A stretch of DNA of 63,872 bases, the filler included, from Aduncisulcus paluster (Eukaryota), in assembly GCA_024181965.1 (NCBI GenBank). It is 9 parts of 9 records of this genome, joined end to end, with 100 filler letters (N's around TTAATTAATTAA, not from the genome) between each part and the next. Parts side by side here need not be neighbours in the genome. Positions count along the whole stretch, not along the records: positions 1 to 3,667 come from BQXS01011257.1; positions 3,768 to 7,706 come from BQXS01011258.1; positions 7,807 to 23,134 come from BQXS01011259.1; 6 more parts are not named here. One strand, given 5' to 3'. Positions 1 through 11,300 of this stretch are shown one piece after another (positions within the stretch are counted from its first letter, which is position 1; each line of letters opens with the position of its first letter). Both the position numbers and the translations under genes were made by a program. The notes below the pieces were generated by a model that was not told the origin of the DNA, made no database searches, and saw only the letters and a program-made list of their open reading frames with translations.

Positions 1-621
1 TGTGGAAAGTTTCTTGTGCAATTAACAAACGACATTAATCTCGTTCCTTATATATTTCCCAAATTCGATTCCTTCATTTTGTTTTCTTATAATAAGAAAT
101 CACCAACAAAAAACACACAATGCTTCAACAATTATTTCATAAATATTGGAATTTACTTTGCAAGAAATATTTGTTTCAAGAATATCGCCCCCATTCTTCT
201 CATACCAAATGTATTAATAACTCATTCTATTGGTAAAGATCCTGATCAATCCTCACATCATTCAAATAATCTTTCATGTTTTGGGGTTGAAATCATTTCC
301 ACCTGTTCAATTTCATTCCCTGAAAGAAAGATATGTTCGCCCTTTGAATCTATTTCGTTCGATACTCAAAAGCTCATTAAAGAAGTTGATCCTGGCTTTG
401 ACCCCATGGATATTCCCCAACACTCTTCGCTATTGAAATTATCTTCTCTTAAACAATTTATCGTTACAATGGATCTGAGAGATACAAGATCCATCATCTC
501 GAAAGCTTATGACTTCATTGAATGTACAAGTGCATGCGTTGAGGTTCTGTTTGAAGAGGAGACATGTTCATTTGAGGGGTATGATCAGAATGCCTGGGAA
601 AAGAATGTTCAATGCAAATAA
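1..621 (+). CDS. 5'-partial hypothetical protein; C-terminal domain shared with the 42780..45827 family
   Basis: Frame is open from base 1. The C-terminus DIPQHSSLLKLSS...VEVLFEEETCSFEGYDQNAWEKNV aligns by eye with DILTHSSLIQFTS...VEVMFEQGSLCCSFEKYDQETWRKRMKNV of the 42780..45827 gene. Confidence 0.65.
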   Translation, partial: CGKFLVQLTNDINLVPYIFPKFDSFILFSYNKKSPTKNTQCFNNYFINIGIYFARNICFKNIAPILLIPNVLITHSIGKDPDQSSHHSNNLSCFGVEIISTCSISFPERKICSPFESISFDTQKLIKEVDPGFDPMDIPQHSSLLKLSSLKQFIVTMDLRDTRSIISKAYDFIECTSACVEVLFEEETCSFEGYDQNAWEKNVQCK

Positions 622-949
622 CCTGGCATGCCATGATTCCAAAGTTACTTATAAATAGGAAGAACTTGATTATATCTCCCAGTGATATTTTCTGGTGGAA
701 GGAAATGATGTGGGTGGTAACTGAATAACACATAATTCAATTCAGAACTGAGTTCTAGATCTCTAAATCTAAAGAAAGAGCTAATTTTACTTTATTCACT
801 ACCCAATTGGACTCCAATTGCCAAGTTTTGCCAAACCAATTTGTGGCACTCAAAACTATCGTAAAGACTCTTTTAAAGAGTGAAAATAAACAGAATTACA
901 AAAACAAAATTAAAATAAGGTGGAAAATGAAGCAAATAGATTGAAATTT

Positions 950-2287
950 TTAACAAATTGTGCAACATGACGTCTTTCCAACTTCAACATGCTCCTCAGG
1001 TCCACCTGTAGTGGGACCAATTGGAACAGGATGCTCAATTTTTTTGTATTTCATTGCGGAATCATCAGAACTTTCGGTACTCTCGATGAATTCTGGGGAT
1101 TTTGACCGAGAGCGACCTACCATCATTGGACTTCTCGATTGTCGGGATACAAGTGGGAAAGAATCAGATGTTGAATCAACGTCATCATGTGTTGGCGCTG
1201 AAAGAGAATTTCTACATTTTTCATCAATAACATCCTCAATTCTGGGAGCTTCCCATCCTTCTCCAAATCTTGGGAGGAGATGTTTGATAGATTGTACATT
1301 CTCTCTAGCTTCATGGACACTCATACGATCGTCAATATCAAACTTTGTCAAACCCTCAAATACTTCATTTAAACACTCAAAAACGGGTTTGTATTTCCCA
1401 CCATCAATGGTCTTAAGGGATTGAAAGACACGAGATGACGTAAGTTTCATGAATTCTGGAAGATCGCCTTCTTTAAGGATCGCACATAGTTTCTTAACCA
1501 GTTTTAGCGGGTCAATAATTCCCCGAAGCTCTGGGTGGATGAGAGAGGGATTTTGACCATTGAAAAGAGTCACTAAAGTCATTCCAAGAGAGTAGGCAGT
1601 TGTATCCTGTGTAATAATACCATTAGAGAGTGTTTCAAATGGAGAATATATGGGAGATGAGCCTTGTGTAGTAATATCAGAAAGAACAAGTTCACAATCT
1701 TGCGAATCGTCTACTCTGACAAGAAAATTTTCAGGTTTAATGTTTCTATGAATGACTCTTTTCTTGGCCGTGTCTATACTGTATACATCATCAAGACACT
1801 CGATCATCTCAACACAAACAGAGCTCAATTTAGCTGGATTTAGGGTTTGAGGATTGTAGAACAATGGACCATCAGAATCAGAAGATAAATCAGAATCAGA
1901 ATCACAGATTGAGCTTTCCTCTTCTTCTTCATACTTCCCATCAGCACACCAACTTTTTGCAAAGTCAATAATATTGCCTCCAGAACAATATTCAATGAGA
2001 AAACCATATTCACCTTTGAATTCCTCATCAAGGAGGTCAACAATGTAGAAATACCTAGGAATGCGTTGAGAAACCTTAGAAAAGAGTAGGTTCAGTCTCT
2101 TCATCATTTTAAAGTCTTTTTTAGATTGAATTACCTTCGGGCGTGTAAGTCCTCCTAGAACCTTTTTATAGACACATAAAGGTGAAATTTCATCACATTT
2201 AACAAGTTGGGTCTCAAAAAAACCAGTAATCCCGAGCGGACACTTTCTTGTAATTGCGGAAGATGAAGTAATAATTTCAGGTTCCAT
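950..2287 (-). CDS. Lineage-specific protein kinase family member, probable pseudokinase with C-terminal CaaX-like motif
   Basis: 445 aa with GFLIEYCSGG, IECLDDV and HRNIKPENFLVR (catalytic D replaced by N). Gly-loop is degenerate (LGITGFF), DLG/activation segment is lost (LVLSDITTQG), and the protein ends KTSCCTIC. Confidence 0.85.
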   Translation of the reverse strand: MEPEIITSSSAITRKCPLGITGFFETQLVKCDEISPLCVYKKVLGGLTRPKVIQSKKDFKMMKRLNLLFSKVSQRIPRYFYIVDLLDEEFKGEYGFLIEYCSGGNIIDFAKSWCADGKYEEEEESSICDSDSDLSSDSDGPLFYNPQTLNPAKLSSVCVEMIECLDDVYSIDTAKKRVIHRNIKPENFLVRVDDSQDCELVLSDITTQGSSPIYSPFETLSNGIITQDTTAYSLGMTLVTLFNGQNPSLIHPELRGIIDPLKLVKKLCAILKEGDLPEFMKLTSSRVFQSLKTIDGGKYKPVFECLNEVFEGLTKFDIDDRMSVHEARENVQSIKHLLPRFGEGWEAPRIEDVIDEKCRNSLSAPTHDDVDSTSDSFPLVSRQSRSPMMVGRSRSKSPEFIESTESSDDSAMKYKKIEHPVPIGPTTGGPEEHVEVGKTSCCTIC

Positions 2288-2994
2288 TAGTAAATTATAA
2301 AATACAACTATGGAGATATTCGAGCACTAAAAGTACACTAGATGCAAAATCACTCAAGTCTTTGGGACAATTGTGTTGCAAAACGGGTGATTTCGTCCAA
2401 GTCAGATGTGAGGTGTTTCTAGAGAAGATGATTATTGTTCTACTCTTGAATAAAGATAGATGGGTACATAATATAGAATGTGGATATTTATTTTCACAAA
2501 AGATATCACATAATCATACGCTTCGTTCATTTGGAAACTTTGCCAAAGATCGATATCGAGATCTTGGTGTTTTCTTGGCGATGATATTTTGGACATCGAT
2601 GGAAATCTTTCCAAATGGTGTCATTCCTGCAAAGAGATGTCCCATTTTTATTTTGTATGGGTAATTCTGATCATGATGGCATAGTTCAGGTTCGATTGAA
2701 GAATGCCTCCATTAGAAGTGCCGAAATAACAATGTTCTAGGCAGAACTGCTTATTCAATGGATCGAGCAAATTAATTAATTGAACCAATCTATTTTAACA
2801 GATTTATAGCAATCCCTTGACATCCAACTTGGAGTTGTGGTGGAATACTTGAAGTATTTCAATAAATCCACATTATACTATAGGTAGAAAAATTGGATAC
2901 CAATAGATCTAAAGTCCATCAGAAATTTTCTATATCCTTACGAACTGAAGTTGGAGGAGATCATCTCCCGAGGATGATCCTCGAAAAAGGCTGA

Positions 2995-3667
2995 TTACTT
3001 TGCAATTACAAATTTTGGAGGCTTTGATCCACACCAATCCCCTGTGTATTCAACGGAAAGTTCACAAATAAAGTCAACTCGAATAACCCCCTTCATGTTA
3101 ATGGGAAACCTAACACAATCTTTCAAAGATTTCATTGTCGGTACATGGAATGATTTTAGAGTGGGTTCTATTCCTCTTACATCCAAAAGTTCCTCTTTGA
3201 CATGGATAACGATGTCCAACTCTTCAGGGGGGGGCGCTGATGAATGACAGAATAATTCAAGGCAAATATATTCAATGTCAAAGGGATGGGAAAAGGGAAT
3301 TGATAAAGAACAAAAATTAAAATATAAATTTTTCCTAAATATGTCTCTTATCGCCGCTTTATCCCAAACATGAACCTCAGGAAATACTCCAGATATCTCT
3401 GATAATTTGAATTCAGAAATGGGAATAATGCGGGAATCGGCTGGAAGTAAACATCTTGAAGCACCAATAACACTTTGCAAACGGCGTTTTTGTCTAATTT
3501 TTTCAGCCTTTTGAAAAGGTAAGGCCTCGGTATCACTTCGAAAAACTCTAATAGAATGAAAAGCAGTCCAATCATCAGAAGATGACCATGATTCCTTGGC
3601 AATAAAGCCTATAGCAATGATATTGTCCTTTTCAATCGGAATTTGGAACCAACCCATTTTATACTGG
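2995..3667 (-). CDS. 5'-partial protein with repeated beta-rich domain similar to the N-terminus of the 13102 kinase
   Basis: Frame is open to the contig edge. GWFQIPIEKDNIIAIGF / SLSIPFSHPFDIEYICLE...PEELDI resemble AWFSLPVELGDVKEII / YPFSAPSSIICVHLC...PQELIF in the 13102 kinase. Confidence 0.6.
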
Positions 3668-3767
3668 NNNNNNNNNNNNNNNNNNNNNNNNNNNNNNNNN
3701 NNNNNNNNNNNTTAATTAATTAANNNNNNNNNNNNNNNNNNNNNNNNNNNNNNNNNNNNNNNNNNNN
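3668..3767. other. Artificial contig linker (N-TTAATTAATTAA-N, stops in all six frames)
   Basis: Identical 100-nt construct also at 7707..7806, 23135..23234, 30008..30107, 37403..37502, 47682..47781, 55196..55295 and 61282..61381. Confidence 0.97.
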
Positions 3768-4042
3768 GAGAAATTACAACTTCCAAGTTTCGGACGCCGC
3801 TTACTTGTATCATAAATCCCCGCAACGGCACAAGTCGTACATTCAACAATAATACAGCGGGCAGTGCGTCGACAAACGAGATTTACCTTATATTTATGGG
3901 TGATTGATGTTAAAAGTTTCGTCAAATCAGACTTATAGAGAGGGATTTCTGGGTGAGTGTGCACTTGATCTAGAAGTTCATCATCTATGGTTTCTCCAGG
4001 AGTTAAGAATATTTTTGGGACGTAAACTTGCTTTCCTGGCAT
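3768..4042 (-). mobile_element. 3'-truncated ORF, possible Mutator/FAR1-type (WRKY-GCM1) transposase N-terminus
   Basis: KYKVNLVCRRTARCIIVECTTC...RRPKLGSCNF runs into the contig end. Cys spacing loosely resembles MULE DNA-binding domains; weak support. Confidence 0.3.
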
Positions 4043-5384
4043 AAGATGGATGGAAATAATGTTGTGATTTTCGAAGAAAAATAGAATTGTGAAAAAAAGT
4101 TAGCCGTGCAGGTAAAAGCTAATCAGGGCAAAATAATGATAAATTAAAAACAATTTACAATACAATTTCATCTTTTAGCATTAATTCATGGCTTTATATT
4201 ATTTTTGAAGTTCAAGTTCAGCACAAGTCAGTGTATTTTTTATGTCTAAATGGTGGAAGATTAAAATGAAAGAAATAATTTAAGTATTTTATTAGTCTTA
4301 CCCTAAAAGTATTTTTTTCTATTTTTATAGTCGGTCTTAGAAATCACCGGCGCAGATGATAATCTGCTTGGTGATTTCCATCTTTTCTGAGAAAAGAACG
4401 CCAATGGGGGACGAATTGACAGCTAGTAATTTATTAGAATGGTTATTATCATACTTATGTATTTTAGAATTATTTTTTTAGCTCTGATCATCAGATTTTT
4501 GAAACAAATTACCACTGGTAATGTGGCAACTCCGATCACTGAAGTCAGTCATTGTATGTTGCCTCGAGATTTCAAATCGGCTATTTAATATTTATTATGT
4601 GCCCAAAATATAACAATTTAATCTGAAATAAGAAGCAGATGAAAAAGAAAGATGAAAAAGGAAGAATTGTGAAGTGATTCCCAATCGAACATAGCATACA
4701 GCAGTAAGATGATGGTACTTCATTAACAGACAGTGAGAAAGTTCATTTCTAAAAATAGAAACAAGAACCAGAAGTAAGTCGTAAGCAAATAATCACACCA
4801 GATGTCAAATAAGAAAAAAGCAATCAAAATAGCCACAATATATCCTTCAACCAAAACCCTTGGAGGAAGTGTTCAAATTAGGACAATTTAAAAGGAAAGG
4901 AACCGAGGAAAAATTAAGAATTTAAGAAATATATTCATGAGTTATTCGATGAGCCAGTCCATCTAAAACGAATAAATCACGAATCGTGAAGATCTCAACA
5001 CCAGGAATAATAATAATAATAAAAAGGTCAAAGATATCGAAAAAAAATATAAATAATAAAACACCAGCTCGAAAGCATGCAAAACAATCAAAATAATCAT
5101 CAGGATCATCCATATTTAAAGAGAATGGAGAACGAATACAGACACTGAAGGAATAATAATATTATTTATAGAAAAACAAAAATCACATTGGAAATATTTT
5201 CAATTCATTGAAAAATACAATAATAACATGAATATTATCAAATAATTATAAAAAATAAATCTCGTCGGTTCAATAAATTAAATTTGTGCAAAAAAAAAAA
5301 AAAAAAAATTAAAAAACTATTCAATTATCTGAAAGAACTCAAACAAAACACAAATATTAGGTTTTGATCAATAAAATCGGCAGA

Positions 5385-6852
5385 TCACAGCCCAGAGTGC
5401 AGTGCGTGGGCACTCGTACTTTCTTGGGAAGAAGAGGAATCCGGGACAGAATCCGCAGATGTCACAGAGAGAAGAGGACGTTGAGGGTGTGGGGGATTCA
5501 CGGGGGCCTGCTTGTGTCCCATCATACTTGAATATGAGGTCTCAGGCATCCCAGCCATATAATTAGGCATAGAAGCGGGATTATCAATCGCGTGGAAGGA
5601 TGGACCAACATCTCGTGAAGTGGAAGATCCTCCAGGGGAGGAAGCAGAAGAAACGGACAACGTGGTTGCAAGAGCCGTGGAACTTCGTGAAGCTGACAAA
5701 GAAGAGCTATACATTGTGTGTGAGGACAGAGGAAGGCCCACATCAGAGCTGGGGTTTGACTGGATTGAGGCGGAATTACTTGATGAAGTTGACATCAAAG
5801 AACTCGTAGAACCCGTGGCAACATATGACGGAGAGCTTTCATCGAGGAAAGGGGAAAAGAAGGGATCATGAGGAGATGATTGTGTAGATTTCTTTGGATT
5901 TGTGGGTTTGCCTGATGGCAATATACCCTGAGAAGTACCAGTAGCGCTAGTTGATCCACTCTTACCGCCTGATAAAGAACTAATCGAGCCAGGTTGAGTG
6001 GGAGGATTAAGAGGAGGGCTTTGTACGTAATGTTGGGCATGCGACATATCATATGAAGTTGATGGTGGCATATACCGTGTCGATTGATCGGGTTTATGAT
6101 CATAAACAACCTGCCCACCATGGAAAGTTCCTTCATGAGCGGATGGGGGGAGGGATGAATAACGAGGGACGCCCCTGGGATCATATAAGGGTTGTTGAGC
6201 ATGGGGATGGGGTTGTGGATAACCCTCGGGCGATAAATGAGGTGGTTTGGATATTTCACGAGTTGAATCTCTGGAGATCATGGAAAGGAGTTCGCGAGAC
6301 ACTGTTTGGCGATCGATTGGGGTCATATAATGGAGAGAATCGATAATTTCATGCATAGACATTGGACGGAATGTGGAACCAGGATATCTTGGATCCGGAC
6401 CCATTTGTGAAGAGTGTGGAGAAAATTGACCAGAATAATTCGGTGAGCCAACTGAATAGCCACTGAACGAAGGATTTGAATCCATTTTGTACCCTTCTGG
6501 ACCGTATGACACAGTTTTATATTTGTGCTTCTTGGATTCTCGAAAAGAAACACGAGCCTTATCAGCACCCAACCTTCTTCCCTCTTTCAAAGGGTAACCT
6601 TTTAACATAGAGAGAGCCTTATCCTCATCAACCTCAGGAACAAAATCAACAAAACCAAATTTTTGTCCAGACGAATAGCTAATACGATCAATCTATAAAA
6701 AATGAGGGACAATAAACGCGATAAAAATTAGAACAATAAATGAAATATGATTAAAAAACAAATTAATAACATACTTTCCCAACTAAGGACAGGATAGATA
6801 TCATTTCTTCAGTACTAGTTCCAGAAGCAATGTTATAAAGAAATAATGTCAT
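5385..6852 (-). CDS. RRM RNA-binding protein with long Ser/Pro/Tyr low-complexity tail; 2 exons (6852-6775, 6692-5385), 461 aa
   Basis: Exon 1 MTLFLYNIASGTSTEEMISILSLVGK (RNP2 LFLYNI) joins in frame to IDRISYSSGQKFGFVDF (RNP1) and continues into the 407-aa ORF. Confidence 0.85.
6693..6774 (-). other. Spliceosomal intron, 82 nt, GTATGT...TTCTAAT...TTTTATAG
   Basis: Canonical GT-AG ends, branch-like CTAAT, T-rich; removal restores a complete RRM in phase 0. Confidence 0.85.
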
Positions 6853-7806
6853 GAATAAAAATAAATATCAAATATAATTAACTTGATAATGAGAATGACG
6901 AAGATTGAACGTTAAAGTGTTGAACAAACGACAGTTGACTACTCTGGGCAAGGAATTAAAAAAATTCGAAGACCCACTAATCATTGAAAGAGAAATCAAG
7001 AATTCCAGCATTGAATCTGGGCCATAAAATTATAACAAATTTTGAAATATATGCTGATTTGATTTTATTGTACCGAGAACTAACATGAGAGGCCATGAAT
7101 TTCTGGCGAAACAAGAATTTAGCTGTATCTGGGCATATTGCGAGTTTTGAAAACAATTTAATTTTTTTGCATATCCTATTAGTAAAAACGCCGAGAAAAT
7201 TACTTAATTTAGTCAATACAAATCTTGAAACGGGAGATAACAGAATTTCTGTACGGTACAGAAAACCATGAAATAACACGTTTTTATCTCATTTCTTCCC
7301 CATATTCATATTAATAGCAACGAATACAAGATAATATTGCGCGAATTCCTTTTCATTCTGTCGGAGGAATGGAAGGTAGAAATCGGCTGGCTGGATAGGA
7401 ACGGAAATGATTTCAGAAACAAATAAAATCGTGTTATTCTGGGGTATTTGTTTTCATTTGCGGAGAAATACCTCGATGTTATTGGCGACTTTTGAACGTA
7501 AAGACCGATTGTGTCGAAAATTAGCTATTCACTGAAAATTACCTGATATTAAAAAGATCTTGATCCGGAACAAGTTTCATTTCAATCGTTCAAGCCGACA
7601 GCATCGCCATCTTACATCACTTCAATTCGAGTACCTTCGTGTGGTTGATTCGAAAACATTTTTGATTTTGGGAGATGGAATACAGCTTCGCTTCTGAAAG
7701 TGTAACNNNNNNNNNNNNNNNNNNNNNNNNNNNNNNNNNNNNNNNNNNNNTTAATTAATTAANNNNNNNNNNNNNNNNNNNNNNNNNNNNNNNNNNNNNN
7801 NNNNNN

Positions 7807-7985
7807 AGTGCGGCCAAAAGAGGAGGATCGAAAAGTCGATGCCATTGAGTTGGTCTGATAACAGAGGGATCAGCTTTGTAAGCCTCGTAACGAGTAAAAA
7901 ATTCGGTCAAATTTTTCAAAGAATACTCCTTTAAAGTAGGAACTTCGACACGAGATGAGGTAATATTGGTCGTGGGGCTTGGCAT
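7807..7985 (-). mobile_element. Gag-like N-terminus of a probable LTR retrotransposon (truncated by contig end)
   Basis: VEVPTLKEYSLKNLTEFFTRYEAYKAD...LFDP shares a pattern with 55568 (DVPIFSILERDSWFKHKLEYQRYKAK...IDP); both lie at contig breaks. Confidence 0.45.
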
Positions 7986-8354
7986 AACAATAATATTATT
8001 GTTGGTTTAATAACCTTTATAATGATGGTGGAGCAAATTTACTAGTTTGAGAATAAAAGAATGCGCGAAGAAAGGTAAAATATAGTCTGTAAAGAAACAC
8101 AAAAACTTTCAAATATGATCTTCGGTAATAAGATAGTAATAAACATTCTAATATCGAAATAAATATATTAATTAAAATCGTATTATAAAATATATATTAA
8201 ATATTCAATAATAATACTCCTTAAAGAAAATAATAAAAAAGTCTGCTTTTGGCAACAGCCGTGTTATTCTAACAGTGCTTCTTTGGTTATGGATTTGATA
8301 TAGTGACGTTCTTGGTCCATCCCTATCTTTACCCTACAGCCCAAATCATTAACT

Positions 8355-11300
8355 CTACGCTCTGCTATCGGATAGCATGCTATCCCATTCCCCTGGTGTT
8401 GGATCAGTTATGTCAGCATCAACAATAGATCCCCTATCACGATCATATACATTCAATTGGCGAGCAACAATCTCTTCAATTGATGGACATTTAATCCCAT
8501 CCCCAAGGCAAGGAATTAATGGTTTAATTTTTTGGATGGCTTCTCTAGCTTTATGAACAGACATTCTTTCTTTTGGATCTTTGTATATCAATCCTAAGAA
8601 TACTTCCTGTAAACAATCTGCAACTTCCCCACCTCCTTTGTCTTTATGAGGAGATTGCCTTAATTTCTTAAATAGAGGACATGATCTAATATCAGGGAAA
8701 ATATCTTTCTCCATCGAGTCAATAAGTTTCCTGTATACTGCAGTAAGTGAACGAAAATGCTTGAAAATTTCAAAATAAGGTGGAGTACCACTGAACAAAG
8801 CATATATTGTTAATCCTAACGCATATGCATCACTCTTCGCATTTTGGACTCCATATTGTAAAGACTCGGGAGCATTATACATGAGAGTACCACATACTTT
8901 AACGCCCCCTTTTTTTGCTTCCGAAGACCTCGATGAAGGTATGGATAATCCCGAAACCGAAAAAGAAAAAGATGAGGAAGGTGTTAACAATCTCGAAATT
9001 GAAAAAGAAATTGAAGAAGAAGATTCCGAAATAGAATCAACAGAACTTGATAATGGGGATTGGCAAGCTGAATCGCGAGGGTATGTAGAAGCTGAATCGT
9101 GAGGGTATTTAGAATCTGAATCGTGAGGGTGTGAAACATCTTGATATCTCACTAAACCCAAATCCCCAAGAACAACTTTGCAAGCGTTTGTCTTTGGATC
9201 AATTCGAACAAGAAAATTTTCAGGTTTGATATCACGGTGGGCAAATCGCTCTCTCTTTTCCCATTCAATTCCCTGCTGAACATCATCAAGACATTCAATA
9301 GCAGAGACACATATGGAGGCAATTTTGAATGGGTCATATGAATCAGGAGATATTCTATCAGATTTCGGTGGATATATGTCATCATCGCTATAGGATGTGG
9401 ATGAAGAATCTTCTTCATCAATTGATCTTTGGGAATCGGAATCTTTTTCATCACTTATTCTTGATGTTCTATTGACACACCAGAGTTTGGCAAACTCAGA
9501 AATGCTCCCACCCCTGCAAAATTCCATTGTGAATCCAAATGTACCAATGAGTTTCTTATTAAGGAAATTGAAAATATATTGGGGTTTAGGGATTCTTTTT
9601 GAGCATTTTTCAAACATCTTTCTTTGGATTTTAAACTCTGTTTTAAAATTCTTAATAAATTGTTCATTTGCTTGTTGAAGCATTTTCTTGAACACACATG
9701 GTTCTTCAATCCCAGGAATCTGCACAAGTAGTACTTGACCAAATCCACCTGTACCAATGATACATAACGATTTAATTCCATCTGGTGTAGTTATGTATGG
9801 TTTTGGAGGTTTAAGTTTCGGAGATGGGGCTGGAGGTTTTGGAGTGATTGGAAGGATTGACTTTGGCTTGGGTTTTGGTTCTGGATAAGTTATTGTACCT
9901 GGTACAGGTGGATTTGGAACAGGAGAAATTACGTCAATTGGAAGGGTTTGTTTGTGGGGTTTCTTATTCAAAACGACTAGCAACACAACGAACACAATGA
10001 GACCAATCCCACCAAGAACCATCATGGAAATCCTCAGAGCTTGATTATGACACAACCAAAGCCCAGCCACAAGAGCAGTACTCGCAAAACTCACGAGCAA
10101 ATCCATCAAAAGAATCGCCTTTGAATGTTTATCTCTATAAACCTTCCATCCAAAAATCATCAGAACAAAGAAGAGGATACCCAGACATACAGTAGCCCAA
10201 CACAACGGGTGCAGACTGTAGCTTTCAGAGAAGACGAAATCATAGAAGATTGGGAGGACGAGCATTGGTATCCATAAAAATGCAAATATGGGGGTGGCAA
10301 TGCTCTCAAAAAAGGCATCTCCAAACAGTTTGACAAAACCAGAAGAAGATTTATCAAAGAACCCTATCACCGAAATAACTTCAAAGAAACTAAAGAAGAG
10401 TGCCAATATAGTCGATATCAGTGACACCTTCTGATCTACTCTGGATATCCAGAGGGCAATGGTTAACACAATGAAGAAGGAACCAGCCAGAGTAAAGAGG
10501 AACATGAAGCGAGGATGTCCAATCTCATCCAAATCATGAGATGTGCTTACGATCAAAATAATAGTTCCAACCCCCAAGTTGATCAACATATCGCCACCAA
10601 TCATTATTATGGTAATTTGGACAGGTATAATCCTATTGTGAAAGTCACTCATACAAAAGTACAAACAAACAGAGAACCCAATCGATTGCACTATCATTGT
10701 ACTAAACTGAATAATCTTTTCATCCATTCTGAACAACACACAAGATCCTATAGAGAGAGAAATTAAAACAAGGGACAAACCAATAATAATACAGGCAATA
10801 TTATCCTGAACATATCCAAAAACGAGAAGAAACAATATAATATTAATTCCCAAGATTTCTAGGAAATGTTTCAAATAGTCTTCAGTATTTTTGATCAAAA
10901 GTATGATAGCTCCAACCACCAAATTCATAATCAAATCACCTCCAATCATTATAATAGTGATCAAGGCAGGCCTACTTCTATTGTGAAAGTCAGCCATACA
11001 AAAGAAGAGACAAACAGAGAATCCAATCGCTTGAATTACAATTGTAATATACCGAATAACATCTTCAGAATCATCAGAATTAAATAATTGGAAAGAAACA
11101 ATAGAAACAACAATTAAGAGAGATGACAAACCAATGATAGTGCACGCAACATTATCATGGACATATCCCCTTATGAGAACTGTTAAGCCTAGGCCCATAT
11201 TAACCAATCCCACTGACAGAACAGAATCCCAATCGCATTTGTCCCAAAAAAAACAATTCCAAATNNNNNNNNNNNNNNNNNNNNACAATTAAGAGAGATG

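Noticed and set aside
4620-5113. Hydrophobic 63-aa ORF and downstream frames; possible stop-codon reassignment
   Set aside because: Reading through TAA does not give a long frame; conserved genes end in TAA, TAG and TGA and have no internal stops.
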